Source: Patescibacteria group bacterium (lineage in GTDB: Bacteria > Patescibacteriota > Minisyncoccia > 2-02-FULL-40-12). From it: a stretch of 64,000 nucleotides of DNA. A model generated the notes under the pieces. The model saw only the letters and a list, made by a program, of their open reading frames with translations. It did not search any database and had not been told where the DNA came from. A program made the translations under genes and the position numbers. Positions 17,893 to 26,515 of the stretch are shown here, in pieces. Within the stretch, counting starts at the first letter, position 1, and each line of letters opens with the position of its first letter. The stretch spans positions 24,215 through 88,214 of the forward strand of contig JBBTXZ010000005.1 in the NCBI GenBank assembly GCA_038062015.1, given 5' to 3'.

Positions 17893-18648
17893 ATGTCTGA
17901 ACAATTGGTCGGTGCGTTGCCGGGCGAAGTGCTTGGTACGCTGGCGGACATTATGCTGAAGCTCAAAAACGGCGGTATCTCGCCCGACGAGCTTAAGCAG
18001 TTCGCCAAACGGGAAAATCCGTTCGAGATCGTTGTAGTGTCGGCCCCGAAGGCCGCGCCAACGATCCAGACAATCGAGGAGCTTCTGGATGACTGGGTCA
18101 ACTTCTATCGAAACGTTTTCGCGGAGGACCTTGACTTAACTAGCCTGCGAGTACCCGACCGGCACGAGGGCTTTGACCGGCTTATCATCGTCGCCAAGGG
18201 TATGTCCCCGGAACGTGTTTTCCAAAAGATGCAAGAATTCTTTACTTGCTGGAAATACACGGGTAACCGGAGTCTCGACGAAGTCGTGTTCGACGCCGAC
18301 GGCGTGGAAAAGAAGCGCCGCCGCTCCGACCGCGAAACCCACGCTGTCTGGGTGCGCAACCGGATTGAGGCCGATCAAGAATTGAAGAATCAATCGGCCA
18401 ACCAGCTCAAGGAGTGCGGCATTCCCGGGATCACCTTGGAAGCGCGCGAGCTTTACGAGCTTAAATACTTCAGGGAAACCGGAAAGCACCTCGACATCAG
18501 CAATTGGACGCTTTGCGCGGGTTCGCGCCGCGTCGGTGGCCATGTGCCGGGCATGGGTTGGGACGGCGGCGACCGCAGGGTCGAGGTCTATTGGTTCAAT
18601 CCTTCGCATGCCTTCGCCTATCTCCGTTCCCGCGAAGCAGTTTCGTAA
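17893..18648 (+). CDS. Hypothetical protein, GC-rich (horizontally acquired island) with its own RBS and terminator
   Basis: Marked GC shift relative to neighbours. Strong SD (aggaga) 7 nt upstream. Stem-loop terminator follows. No recognisable domain. Confidence 0.6.
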   Translation: MSEQLVGALPGEVLGTLADIMLKLKNGGISPDELKQFAKRENPFEIVVVSAPKAAPTIQTIEELLDDWVNFYRNVFAEDLDLTSLRVPDRHEGFDRLIIVAKGMSPERVFQKMQEFFTCWKYTGNRSLDEVVFDADGVEKKRRRSDRETHAVWVRNRIEADQELKNQSANQLKECGIPGITLEARELYELKYFRETGKHLDISNWTLCAGSRRVGGHVPGMGWDGGDRRVEVYWFNPSHAFAYLRSREAVS

Positions 18649-18681
18649 TCTTGTACCTTTAATCTTATAACCTTTCTTCCG

Positions 18682-18728
18682 CGGCTCTACTAAAGGAGGT
18701 GATTCTAAAGTAGAGCCGTTTTATTTTT
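18682..18728 (+). terminator. Rho-independent terminator (cggctctac...gtagagccg + T-run)
   Basis: 9-bp stem followed by ttttattttt. Confidence 0.75.
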
Positions 18729-18770
18729 CGAAAAATTGTATAAAAAGTAAATTTCTATTAATTTATAGTT

Positions 18771-19568
18771 ATGTTTATCGACGGCAGAAAGATCGCCTTT
18801 AAAATTTTAGATGAGCTGAAAGAGACCCTTCGACAAGCTCAAGGCAAGAAAAAATTAAGACTTGTCGGGATTTTGGTTGGGGAGAAACCAGAATTAAGAA
18901 AATTCATTGAATTAAAGAAAAAAGCGGTTCAAGAAATCGGGGTAGATTTCAGAATTTATGAATTTCCGGAAAATATCAGCAATAATCAGTTAAGAGAAGA
19001 ATTGAATAAAATAGTTAAAGCAAAAGTAAATCACGGAGTGATTATTGAATTGCCATTACCAAGCCATTTAAATACCCAGTATCTATTAAATACAATTCCC
19101 GAAAAAAAAGATGTTGATGTTTTGTCGCAAAAAAGCCAGGGTTTATTCTTCACGGGTCGAAGCAAAATTCTTCCGCCCTCTGTTGAAGCGGTGAAGCAGA
19201 TTTTTGAAGAATATAATATTGATCCGAAAGGAAAAACCGCGGCGGTTTTCGGATATGGATTTTTAGTCGGGAAATTAGTTAGTCATTGGTTGATTCAGCA
19301 GGGGGCGACGGTTTCAATAATCACCGAATTCACGAAAGGGCCGGAAAAATTTTCTAGAGAAGCGGATATAGTAATTTCCGGGGTGGGTAAGCAGAACTTG
19401 ATTACAGCAGATATGGTGAAAGATGGGGCAGCGGTGATTGATTTTGGCAAAGACGTTGATTTTGAAAATGTTTCTCAAAAAGCCGGATTGATAACGCCGC
19501 CTGTCGGCGGGGTCGGGCCGATAGTTGTGGCCAGTGTTTTAAAGAATTTATTGGAATTGTGGAGTTAA
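18771..19568 (+). CDS. folD: Bifunctional 5,10-methylene-THF dehydrogenase / cyclohydrolase
   Basis: Conserved FolD N-terminal region and GKxxxVVGxS-like Rossmann segment (AAVFGYGFLVGK). Confidence 0.85.
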   Translation: MFIDGRKIAFKILDELKETLRQAQGKKKLRLVGILVGEKPELRKFIELKKKAVQEIGVDFRIYEFPENISNNQLREELNKIVKAKVNHGVIIELPLPSHLNTQYLLNTIPEKKDVDVLSQKSQGLFFTGRSKILPPSVEAVKQIFEEYNIDPKGKTAAVFGYGFLVGKLVSHWLIQQGATVSIITEFTKGPEKFSREADIVISGVGKQNLITADMVKDGAAVIDFGKDVDFENVSQKAGLITPPVGGVGPIVVASVLKNLLELWS

Positions 19569-20008
19569 TTATTATTTTTTTTGCTAAGTATCTTGGTTAT
19601 ATTTTGTTAGCTGCTTTTTTAATTCTGTTTTTAAATAATCAGCGTAAAGATTTTTTAATTGTTCCGCTTTTTTCCGCGTTATTGTCCAGATTTGTTTTTA
19701 CGGAGATAATCAGATTTTTCTATTTTCGGCAAAGACCCTTTGTGGTAGAAGCGTTTATACCTTTGATTAACCATGCGCCGACTGCTTCTTTCCCTTCCGG
19801 CCATGCCGCTTTTTTCTTTGCCTTGTCGGCCGGAATTTATTCTTTCAACAAAAAAGCCGGTCTTTGGTTTTTTGCGGCTAGCTCTCTTTTGAGTTTCGCC
19901 AGAGTTTTTGCCGGACTCCATTATTTCACTGATGTCTTGGGCGGCTTTATTGTCGGCTTCTTATCTTATTTGTTAGTTAAAAAGCTTTCAAGTTTAAAAC
20001 TTTTATAA
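19559..20008 (+). CDS. PAP2 family phosphatase (undecaprenyl-diphosphatase-like)
   Basis: PAP2 motifs SFPSGHAAFF and the ...HYFTDVLGG segment. Confidence 0.8.
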   Translation: MELIIIFFAKYLGYILLAAFLILFLNNQRKDFLIVPLFSALLSRFVFTEIIRFFYFRQRPFVVEAFIPLINHAPTASFPSGHAAFFFALSAGIYSFNKKAGLWFFAASSLLSFARVFAGLHYFTDVLGGFIVGFLSYLLVKKLSSLKLL

Positions 20009-20010
20009 AA

Positions 20011-20094
20011 TGCCGAGAGAGGGAGTCGAACCCTCAAGCCCTTGCGGACGGCTGATCTTGAGTCAGCTGCGGTTGCCAATTTCGCCACCTCGGC
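20011..20094 (-). tRNA. tRNA-Leu (anticodon CAA), type II with long variable arm; CCA not encoded
   Basis: Manual fold: acceptor GCCGAGG/UCUCGGC, anticodon stem GCUGA/UCAGC with loop CUCAAGA, long variable arm, T-arm GAGGG-UUCGACU-CCCUC. Confidence 0.8.
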
Positions 20095-20139
20095 TTATAT
20101 CTATTGTATCATTTTTTTCGCCGTTTTACAATTATAATA

Positions 20140-20904
20140 ATGGCCAAAGTAATCGGCATAGTTAACACTAAAGGCGGGAGCGGAAAAAGTACTACAAGTA
20201 TAAATTTGGGAGTTTATATGGCGGCTTTCGGTAAGCACGTTCTCCTCGTTGATTTGGATCCCCAGGCCAATGCTTCGGGTGGTTTGGGAATAAAACTGGA
20301 AAAAGACCAATACAATATTTATCATACCCTTGTGGCTGATGCAGAGCCCGGGGCCCTTATTAAAAAAACATCTATTTTTAATCTAGATATTCTGCCGTCT
20401 TCTGAAAGTCTGGCCGGCGCCAATATAGAACTTGTGAGTTTTAAAAACCGCGAGTTCCAGCTTAAAAAAGTTTTAGCTAAAGTTAAAAACGATTATGATT
20501 TTATTTTAATTGATTGCCTGCCTTCGGTCGGCATTTTGAACGTCAACGCCTTGTCTGCTTCGGACTATATTTTGATTCCGGTCCAGTCCGAGCATTTCGC
20601 TTTAGCCGGGCTTGATCAGCTTTTATCGGTTGTCGATTTGGTTAAAAAGTATTTGAATCCGGATTTGAGGATTCTGGGGGCGGTAGTGACAATGTTTGAT
20701 AAAAGAAACCAGCTGGATAGAAGTATTTTAAACCAAGTCCATAAAAATTTCCCGGGTCATGTTTTTAATGCCGTGATTCCGCGACAAGTCAGCCTTGCCG
20801 AATCTCCGAGCTTCGGGAAAAGCATTTTACAGCACGACCCTTATTCGAAAGGGGCTAGGTCTTATAGAGAGCTGGCGATCGAAGTAATGGATAAAGTTAA
20901 ATGA
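20140..20904 (+). CDS. parA: ParA/Soj family chromosome-partitioning ATPase
   Basis: Deviant Walker A KGGSGKST. ATG at 20140 (MAKVIGIVNTKGG). Confidence 0.9.
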   Translation: MAKVIGIVNTKGGSGKSTTSINLGVYMAAFGKHVLLVDLDPQANASGGLGIKLEKDQYNIYHTLVADAEPGALIKKTSIFNLDILPSSESLAGANIELVSFKNREFQLKKVLAKVKNDYDFILIDCLPSVGILNVNALSASDYILIPVQSEHFALAGLDQLLSVVDLVKKYLNPDLRILGAVVTMFDKRNQLDRSILNQVHKNFPGHVFNAVIPRQVSLAESPSFGKSILQHDPYSKGARSYRELAIEVMDKVK

Positions 20905-20905
20905 A

Positions 20906-21253
20906 ATGAAAAAAATAAAGGGCAGAGGGCTTCAGGCTCTCATTCCGATAAAACCCAGAACCAAATCCAAAAGAAAAAAGGAAAATGTTTATTATGTTGA
21001 GATAAGAAAAATCAGGCTTACCCCGGAACAATTTAAGGAAGAAGTCAATAAAAAAGTTTTAAAAGATTTAACCGAGTCAATCAAGAAATACGGAGTGATT
21101 CAGCCGCTCGCCCTGGTCAAAGTTGAAAAAAGAAAAAAACATGGGATTAATGTTTATTATAAGTTGCTTGAAGGTCGAAAAAGATTTTTAGCGGCTAAAG
21201 AGGCCGGCCTAAGAGTAGTCCCAGCAAAGATAAAGAAAAATGACCAAGTCTAA
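20906..21253 (+). CDS. ParB N-terminal-domain-only protein (truncated ParB-like, 115 aa, no HTH)
   Basis: RGLQALIP motif, GVIQPLALV segment, and LEGRKRFLAAKEAGL (ParB box II-like). Confidence 0.6.
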   Translation: MKKIKGRGLQALIPIKPRTKSKRKKENVYYVEIRKIRLTPEQFKEEVNKKVLKDLTESIKKYGVIQPLALVKVEKRKKHGINVYYKLLEGRKRFLAAKEAGLRVVPAKIKKNDQV

Positions 21254-22709
21254 AATTTTCCTGTTTTTGATGCTGGCGTTTATTTTGGGAGTCGGGAGCG
21301 GCTCCTTTTTTGATATATCTCAAGAGGTTTTTTTGGTTATTGCTATTATTGCCGTTTCTTTGGTGGCTGTTTTTTATCGTCAGGGTTCTAAAACTTTGAG
21401 TTTCCCGGTTGCTTTTAGCGCTTTTTTGATTCTAGCTTTTTCAGCCGGGGTTTTAAGATTTGACGTTTCCGAATCTATAAACAAAGTTTTAACCAGTTTT
21501 AACGATACAAATGTAAAAGTTGAATTGCGGGGATATATTAACGATGAACCGCAAAGATTAATTGATAAGCAGCGATTGACGCTTCAGGTTAAAGAAATTC
21601 GAGTGCCGGATTATGTTGACCCCGTTAGAGGCAGAGGCGCGCTGCGAGCCCTCGCGGCCTCTAACGGGGCGGTTTTTACCGATGAGAAGATTTTGACCAC
21701 CGTGAATTTATATCCGGAGTTTCAATACGGCGATTTGATTTCAATTGTAGGCATCCTCCAAAGTCCGAAAAATTTTGATGATTTCGATTACATTAATTAC
21801 TTGGCGAAAGATGGCATTTTTTCTTTGGTTTATTATCCGAAAATTTCTGAGATTTCTAAAGATGCCTTCTTCCGGCCTAAAGAAGTTTCTATTTTCGAAA
21901 ATTTAAAAATCGGCTTATTTAAGAATATTTTCAGGATTAAAAAATCTTTTGAAGAATCAATTGAAAGAGTTATCGCCGAGCCCAATGCCGCTTTGATTAA
22001 CGGGATTCTGCTCGGTTCGCGGGAGAATATTCCCCAAGACTTGAAAGAAGCTTTTAATAAAACCGGGACGACCCACATTTTAGCCATCTCCGGCTATAAT
22101 ATTACCATCGTCGGCCTTTATATTTCTTCATTGTTTATGTTTTTTATGCGGCGGCAAAAGGCTTTTTGGTTTACGGTTTTAGGCATAGTTATATTTACAA
22201 TTTTAACCGGCGCTTCAGCTTCGGTTATTCGGGCGGCGATTATGGGTATTTTGGTTTTGTTGGCCTATCGGGAAGGCCGATTCCACAACATGACCAACTC
22301 AATTGTTTTTGCCGGAGTAATTATGATTATCTTGAATCCGAAAGTTTTGAGATTTGATATTGGATTTCAGCTTTCTTTTCTAGCCACACTGGGGCTTATC
22401 TATCTTGCCCCTTTTTTAAGCGAGAAATTAAAGAGAGTGCCGGAATTCTGGAATTTCAGAGAAAATTTTATTGCCACCCTCTCCGCCCAAATAATGGTCT
22501 TGCCGGTAATTTTATATAACTTCGGCAGTTTTTCTTTGGTTTCTCTGCCGGCTAATGTATTGATTCTGCCGATTGTGCCGATAACAATGTTTTTCGGTTT
22601 TCTGGCCGGAGTTTCAGGATTGATTTGGCTGCGGCTTGGCGAAGCCATCGGTCTGATTGCCTGGCTTTTTTCCGAATATGAAATTTTAATCGTGAAGATT
22701 TTTTCTTGA
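21240..22709 (+). CDS. comEC: ComEC/Rec2 family competence channel protein (DUF4131 + competence domain)
   Basis: Polytopic membrane protein with the GTTHILAISGYNITIV competence-domain motif. Confidence 0.8.
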   Translation: MTKSKIFLFLMLAFILGVGSGSFFDISQEVFLVIAIIAVSLVAVFYRQGSKTLSFPVAFSAFLILAFSAGVLRFDVSESINKVLTSFNDTNVKVELRGYINDEPQRLIDKQRLTLQVKEIRVPDYVDPVRGRGALRALAASNGAVFTDEKILTTVNLYPEFQYGDLISIVGILQSPKNFDDFDYINYLAKDGIFSLVYYPKISEISKDAFFRPKEVSIFENLKIGLFKNIFRIKKSFEESIERVIAEPNAALINGILLGSRENIPQDLKEAFNKTGTTHILAISGYNITIVGLYISSLFMFFMRRQKAFWFTVLGIVIFTILTGASASVIRAAIMGILVLLAYREGRFHNMTNSIVFAGVIMIILNPKVLRFDIGFQLSFLATLGLIYLAPFLSEKLKRVPEFWNFRENFIATLSAQIMVLPVILYNFGSFSLVSLPANVLILPIVPITMFFGFLAGVSGLIWLRLGEAIGLIAWLFSEYEILIVKIFS

Positions 22710-22728
22710 ATAACATCCTAATTTACGA

Positions 22729-23622
22729 ATGTATCCAAATCTGCGAATAATTATTTTAGGGGTATTAACTCTATTTTTGGTTTTGACCTTTGTGGTTGAA
22801 TTCCGTGGCGAATACGGACTTAAAGTCTATTTTTTTGATGTCGGCCAGGGCGATTCAATTTTTATTGAAACAGAAGAAAAGAAACAAATTCTGATTGACG
22901 GCGGGCCGGATAACAAAGTGGTTCAAAAATTATCAGAAGCAATGCCATTTTGGGACCGAACCATAGACTTGGTTATTCTGACTCATCCGGACAAGGACCA
23001 TATCTTAGGTTTAATCGAAGTCTTGAAAAGATACCGAGTTAAGGGAATCATTGAAACTGGAATCGAATGCGGGAAAGCGGAATGTGTAGTCTGGAAAGAG
23101 TTGAAAGAAAAAGAAAAAGCGCCGGTTATTTTCGTGAAACTCGGCGACTCGTTAATACTTAACGAAAATACTAAAATTTTAATTTTAAATCCTTTCGCCG
23201 ATATGGCCGGAGAAAAAATTTCAAAAGCCAATAATTCTTCTATCGTGGCTAAATTAATCTACGATGGATACAGCATTTTATTGACCGGCGATATTGAGAA
23301 ACATATTGAAGAAAAGCTGGTTCTGGCCGGAGTAGACATTGATTCTGATTATCTTAAAATTCCGCATCATGGTTCTAAGACCTCAACCACCGAAGAATTT
23401 TTGGAAAAAATTTCCCCGCTTTCGGCTTTTATCTCTCTCGGCAAGAATAATTCTTACGGCCATCCGCATGATGAAGTTACCGGCCGTCTTGAAAAAAGAA
23501 ATATAAAATATTATCGTACTGATGAACTGGGAACTATTTTATTGAGTTGCAAGTTTAATGAACCGTGTTCAGTAAAATTCCAAATTCCAAATTCCAAAAT
23601 CCAAATAACAAATGACAAATAA
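22729..23622 (+). CDS. MBL-fold metallo-hydrolase (the ComEC C-terminal beta-lactamase domain as a separate gene)
   Basis: VYFFDVGQGDSIFIE and LVILTHPDKDHILG motifs. The 3' end runs into a 'ccaaaatccaaa' repeat. Confidence 0.8.
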   Translation: MYPNLRIIILGVLTLFLVLTFVVEFRGEYGLKVYFFDVGQGDSIFIETEEKKQILIDGGPDNKVVQKLSEAMPFWDRTIDLVILTHPDKDHILGLIEVLKRYRVKGIIETGIECGKAECVVWKELKEKEKAPVIFVKLGDSLILNENTKILILNPFADMAGEKISKANNSSIVAKLIYDGYSILLTGDIEKHIEEKLVLAGVDIDSDYLKIPHHGSKTSTTEEFLEKISPLSAFISLGKNNSYGHPHDEVTGRLEKRNIKYYRTDELGTILLSCKFNEPCSVKFQIPNSKIQITNDK

Positions 23623-23653
23623 AATCCAAAATCCAAATTCCAAAATAAATAAG

Positions 23654-24259
23654 ATGAAGAAATTACTAGCCGACCCCAAACATCCAAGGGAAGAAAAGAC
23701 CCTTGTTTTAATCAAGCCAGATGCCGTGAAAAGGGGGTTGGTCGGCGAAATAATCAAACGTTTTGAAAGCCGGGGACTTAAGATTATTGGTCTGAAAATG
23801 GTTCACGGCGCGCCAAAAGATTTTGACAAGCATTATCCTAAAAGCAAGGGATGGATTGCTAATTTAGGCAAAAGAACTATAGAAACCTACAAAAAATACA
23901 GTTACAGCTTGAAAAACGATTTTGGCACCGATGATCCGTTTAGAATCGGCAAAATTTTCCGTAACTGGCTGATTGATTTTATGGCTTCCGGGCCGGTGGT
24001 CAAGATTTTGATTGAAGGGGCTCATGCCATTGATGTGGTCAGAAAAATTGTCGGCGACACCCAGCCTCATTTTGCCCTGACCGGAACTATCCGCGGCGAT
24101 TTTAGTGTTGACTCGGCCGGCTCGGCGAATAAGTCAAAGCGGGCCGTTCATAATTTAGTTCACGCTTCGGGCGATAAAAATGAAGTCCGAAACGAAATAA
24201 TACTCTGGTTTAATCCCGAAGAAATCTGCGACTACAAGAGAGTGGAAGAGTTGATTTAA
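23654..24259 (+). CDS. ndk: Nucleoside-diphosphate kinase (with an internal insertion)
   Basis: TLVLIKPDAVKRGLVGEII... and active-site NLVHASGD. ATG at 23654. Confidence 0.8.
   Translation: MKKLLADPKHPREEKTLVLIKPDAVKRGLVGEIIKRFESRGLKIIGLKMVHGAPKDFDKHYPKSKGWIANLGKRTIETYKKYSYSLKNDFGTDDPFRIGKIFRNWLIDFMASGPVVKILIEGAHAIDVVRKIVGDTQPHFALTGTIRGDFSVDSAGSANKSKRAVHNLVHASGDKNEVRNEIILWFNPEEICDYKRVEELI
24203..24259. repeat. 56-bp direct repeat, copy 1 (the ndk 3' end)
   Basis: tctggtttaatcccgaagaaatctgcgactacaagagagtggaagagttgatttaa is repeated at 24998..25053. Confidence 0.9.
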
Positions 24260-24264
24260 TTGTA

Positions 24265-24675
24265 TTATTGCTGGATTTGAGTTATTGTTGGAGTTTTAAG
24301 TCCGGGTATTTTTTTTGATACATCTTCTTTAGCTAGAATTTTTGTTGCTAATTTAATAATTAAACTTAAATCAGGGCCGAATTTTGTGCCAATTTCGTCT
24401 AGGATTATCATTTCGTTAAGCAAATCTTCAAATTCTTCACTCAACTGGTCTCTAATCTTTTTATCTAAGGCATATTCAATTTTAATAAAACAATTACAGC
24501 CATCTTTTAGAGGAGTTTTTCCTTTCTGAAGAGCATCAATCACATCTAAAACCAGAAGAGCTGTTTCTCTTTCTATACCGGCAGTGTCTTTGCCTTCTTT
24601 TATCAAATTTAAAATCAACCGAAGCCGTTTTTGGATAATTTGATTATGTAGATTGTTTTTTTTCATTTTTACCAT
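24265..24675 (-). CDS. Hypothetical protein (second gene of the inserted two-gene cassette)
   Basis: ORF 136 aa, no recognisable motif. Its start overlaps the upstream ORF's end (operon-like). Confidence 0.4.
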   Translation of the reverse strand: MVKMKKNNLHNQIIQKRLRLILNLIKEGKDTAGIERETALLVLDVIDALQKGKTPLKDGCNCFIKIEYALDKKIRDQLSEEFEDLLNEMIILDEIGTKFGPDLSLIIKLATKILAKEDVSKKIPGLKTPTITQIQQ

Positions 24676-24683
24676 GATAATAA

Positions 24684-24959
24684 CTACTTTAAAATTATTT
24701 TTATGTCTTTGTGAATTACCCTGCCGGCTTTAACCACTACATGCCATACTTCAACTAACTTATTATTCTTAAATATTTTTACCATTTGCGATATGCCTTT
24801 ATCTTTTCCGAGAATTCCTCTTCTGACAATCTTAACAGAATAATTATCTATATTAACATAATCGATTTTTCTTAGCAATTTTGTGCCTCGGAAAGCGGTG
24901 ATTGATAATCGAGTTACAAGTTCTAAAATTTTAATAGTCCCTGAAGCAGGCATTGGCAT
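24684..24959 (-). CDS. Hypothetical small protein (first gene of the inserted cassette; possible toxin-antitoxin or defence pair)
   Basis: ORF 91 aa, basic, no recognisable motif. Confidence 0.4.
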   Translation of the reverse strand: MPMPASGTIKILELVTRLSITAFRGTKLLRKIDYVNIDNYSVKIVRRGILGKDKGISQMVKIFKNNKLVEVWHVVVKAGRVIHKDIKIILK

Positions 24960-24997
24960 AAGTAAATTATACGAAGTATTAAGAGATGGTCAAAGAT

Positions 24998-25053
24998 TCT
25001 GGTTTAATCCCGAAGAAATCTGCGACTACAAGAGAGTGGAAGAGTTGATTTAA
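24998..25053. repeat. 56-bp direct repeat, copy 2 (duplicate of the ndk 3' end), followed by the original ndk terminator
   Basis: Identical to 24203..24259. Followed by aaaaaccgctttaagcggttttttgg. Confidence 0.9.
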
Positions 25054-25056
25054 AAC

Positions 25057-25084
25057 CAAAAAACCGCTTTAAGCGGTTTTTTGG
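25057..25084. terminator. Bidirectional intrinsic terminator aaaaaccgctttaagcggttttttgg
   Basis: Stem-loop flanked by A-run and T-run. Confidence 0.8.
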
Positions 25085-25091
25085 TTTTAGT

Positions 25092-25161
25092 CGGGCTGCC
25101 GGGATTTGCACCCGGGCTAAATCGACCCCATCGACTCGTGCTGCTGCTACACCACAGCCCG
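25092..25161 (-). tRNA. tRNA-Pro(GGG)-like cloverleaf with non-canonical D-loop and T-loop (could be a tRNA-like element)
   Basis: Manual fold on the minus strand: acceptor CGGGCUG/CAGCCCG (7 bp), D-stem GUGU/GCAC, anticodon stem AGUCG/CGAUU with loop AUGGGGU (U33, GGG, G37), T-arm CCGGG-UGCAAAU-CCCGG. Lacks G18G19 and has G55. Begins 6 nt after the rpmB stop. Confidence 0.45.
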
Positions 25162-25167
25162 TGTTTT

Positions 25168-25350
25168 TTATCTCGTTTCTTTATGCAGCGTCTTAATGCA
25201 GTCGGTGCAGATTTTCATTCTCTTGCCGTTAACTACGGCCCATTGGAGATTGGGTTTTTGGCGATGGGTGCTTGTTGGATTATAATGGCCGCGCAATAAC
25301 TTGCGTTTGGTAACTTTCATTGATTTTTTTCCGCATCTCGGACAACGCAT
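25168..25350 (-). CDS. rpmB: 50S ribosomal protein L28 (zinc-ribbon type)
   Basis: MRCPRCGKKSMKVTKRKLLRGHYNPTS...PNLQWAVVNGKRMKICTDCIK, the L28 pattern with four Cys. Confidence 0.8.
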   Translation of the reverse strand: MRCPRCGKKSMKVTKRKLLRGHYNPTSTHRQKPNLQWAVVNGKRMKICTDCIKTLHKETR

Positions 25351-25434
25351 ACAATTAGAATTTAGTAATTAGTACTTAGAATTAAAAAACTAAGATCGTT
25401 TACAGATTACCTTAAAAATGATAACTTTTCAAGA

Positions 25435-26046
25435 ATGGAAGGACTTTTACTCGTCGTTTTTCAAATCCTTGTGGTTTTGTTTTCAATCGTCATCCACGAA
25501 GTCAGCCACGGCTTAATGGCTTTGAGTTTGGGCGATCAGACCGCTAAAAACGCCGGCCGGCTGACCCTTAACCCCTTGCCTCACTTGGATATATTCGGAT
25601 CAGTAATCCTCCCTCTTTTGACTTTTTCTTTGGGCGGTTTTATTTTCGGTTATGCCAAGCCAGTGCCTTATAATCCTCTTTATCTCCGGGACCAAAGATT
25701 CGGCCCGGCCAAGGTCGGTTTTGCCGGGCCAGCTTCAAACATTTTAATCGCTTTGATTTTTGGCCTGATTTTAAGATTTTTACCAACGTTTCTTCAGGCC
25801 ACGATTCTTCCGGAGCTTTTTTCTTTCATTGTTTTAATAAACTTAGTTTTGGCAGTTTTTAATCTGCTTCCGGTGCCGCCCTTAGACGGGCACTGGTTGC
25901 TTTTAAGCGCTGTGCCTGAAAGATTTTACGGTTTTAAAAATTTTTACCTGCGCTACGGATTGTTTTTATTTATTTTAGTTTTACTTTTTGTTTTGCCGCT
26001 TATTTTCCCTCTGGTGTTTAAACTCTTTAAATTGATAGTTGGATAG
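25435..26046 (+). CDS. Site-2 protease (M50) family membrane metalloprotease, small form
   Basis: HExxH in a TM helix (VIHEVSHG) and a second LPVPPLDG (LDG) motif. Confidence 0.75.
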   Translation: MEGLLLVVFQILVVLFSIVIHEVSHGLMALSLGDQTAKNAGRLTLNPLPHLDIFGSVILPLLTFSLGGFIFGYAKPVPYNPLYLRDQRFGPAKVGFAGPASNILIALIFGLILRFLPTFLQATILPELFSFIVLINLVLAVFNLLPVPPLDGHWLLLSAVPERFYGFKNFYLRYGLFLFILVLLFVLPLIFPLVFKLFKLIVG

Positions 26047-26104
26047 ATTTCTTGCGACGAAAAAATTTTTATGTTAGTATTTTTTTGCTAAATTGAAGTA
26101 ATTT

Positions 26105-26515
26105 ATGCCTACATTCAGACAGCTTTTGAAAAACCCGAGAAAAACATCAAAGGCGAAGACTAAGTCGCCGGCTTTGACTTTTGGATTTAATACTAATAAG
26201 AACCGGCCGGTTGACTATCCTTCCCCTTTTAAACGCGGGGTCTGCATCAAAGTTACAACTACCACTCCTAAAAAACCGAATTCGGCTCTAAGAAAAATCG
26301 CCCGGGTCCGGTTGACCAACGGCCAAGAAGTGACGGCTTACATTCCCGGCGTCGGCCATAACCTGCAGGAACACTCGGTGGTGGTGATAAGAGGCGGAAG
26401 GGTCAAGGATTTGCCCGGAGTCAGATACCATATTGTGAGAGGAGTTTTGGATTCAAGCGGTGTCGAAGGCCGGAAGCAGCAGAGGTCAAAGTACGGAGCC
26501 AAGAGGCCGAAATAA
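26105..26515 (+). CDS. rpsL: 30S ribosomal protein S12
   Basis: [14 protein letters not shown]...[34 protein letters not shown]. Confidence 0.95.
   Translation: MPTFRQLLKNPRKTSKAKTKSPALTFGFNTNKNRPVDYPSPFKRGVCIKVTTTTPKKPNSALRKIARVRLTNGQEVTAYIPGVGHNLQEHSVVVIRGGRVKDLPGVRYHIVRGVLDSSGVEGRKQQRSKYGAKRPK

Noticed and set aside
18105-18609. Minus-strand ORFs (84 and 157 aa) antisense to the GC-rich gene 17893..18648
   Set aside because: Typical shadow ORFs caused by high GC in the opposite-strand gene. The + strand ORF has the SD and terminator.
17893-18648. Possibility that this GC-rich gene is a second (remote) DGR target
   Set aside because: Its 3' end shows no nucleotide similarity to the TR at 52788..52893, and no second TR is visible in the window. 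Left as an open question only.
25081-25299. 72-aa + strand ORF
   Set aside because: Overlaps the tRNA-like element and antisense rpmB. rpmB has a clear L28 zinc-ribbon sequence.
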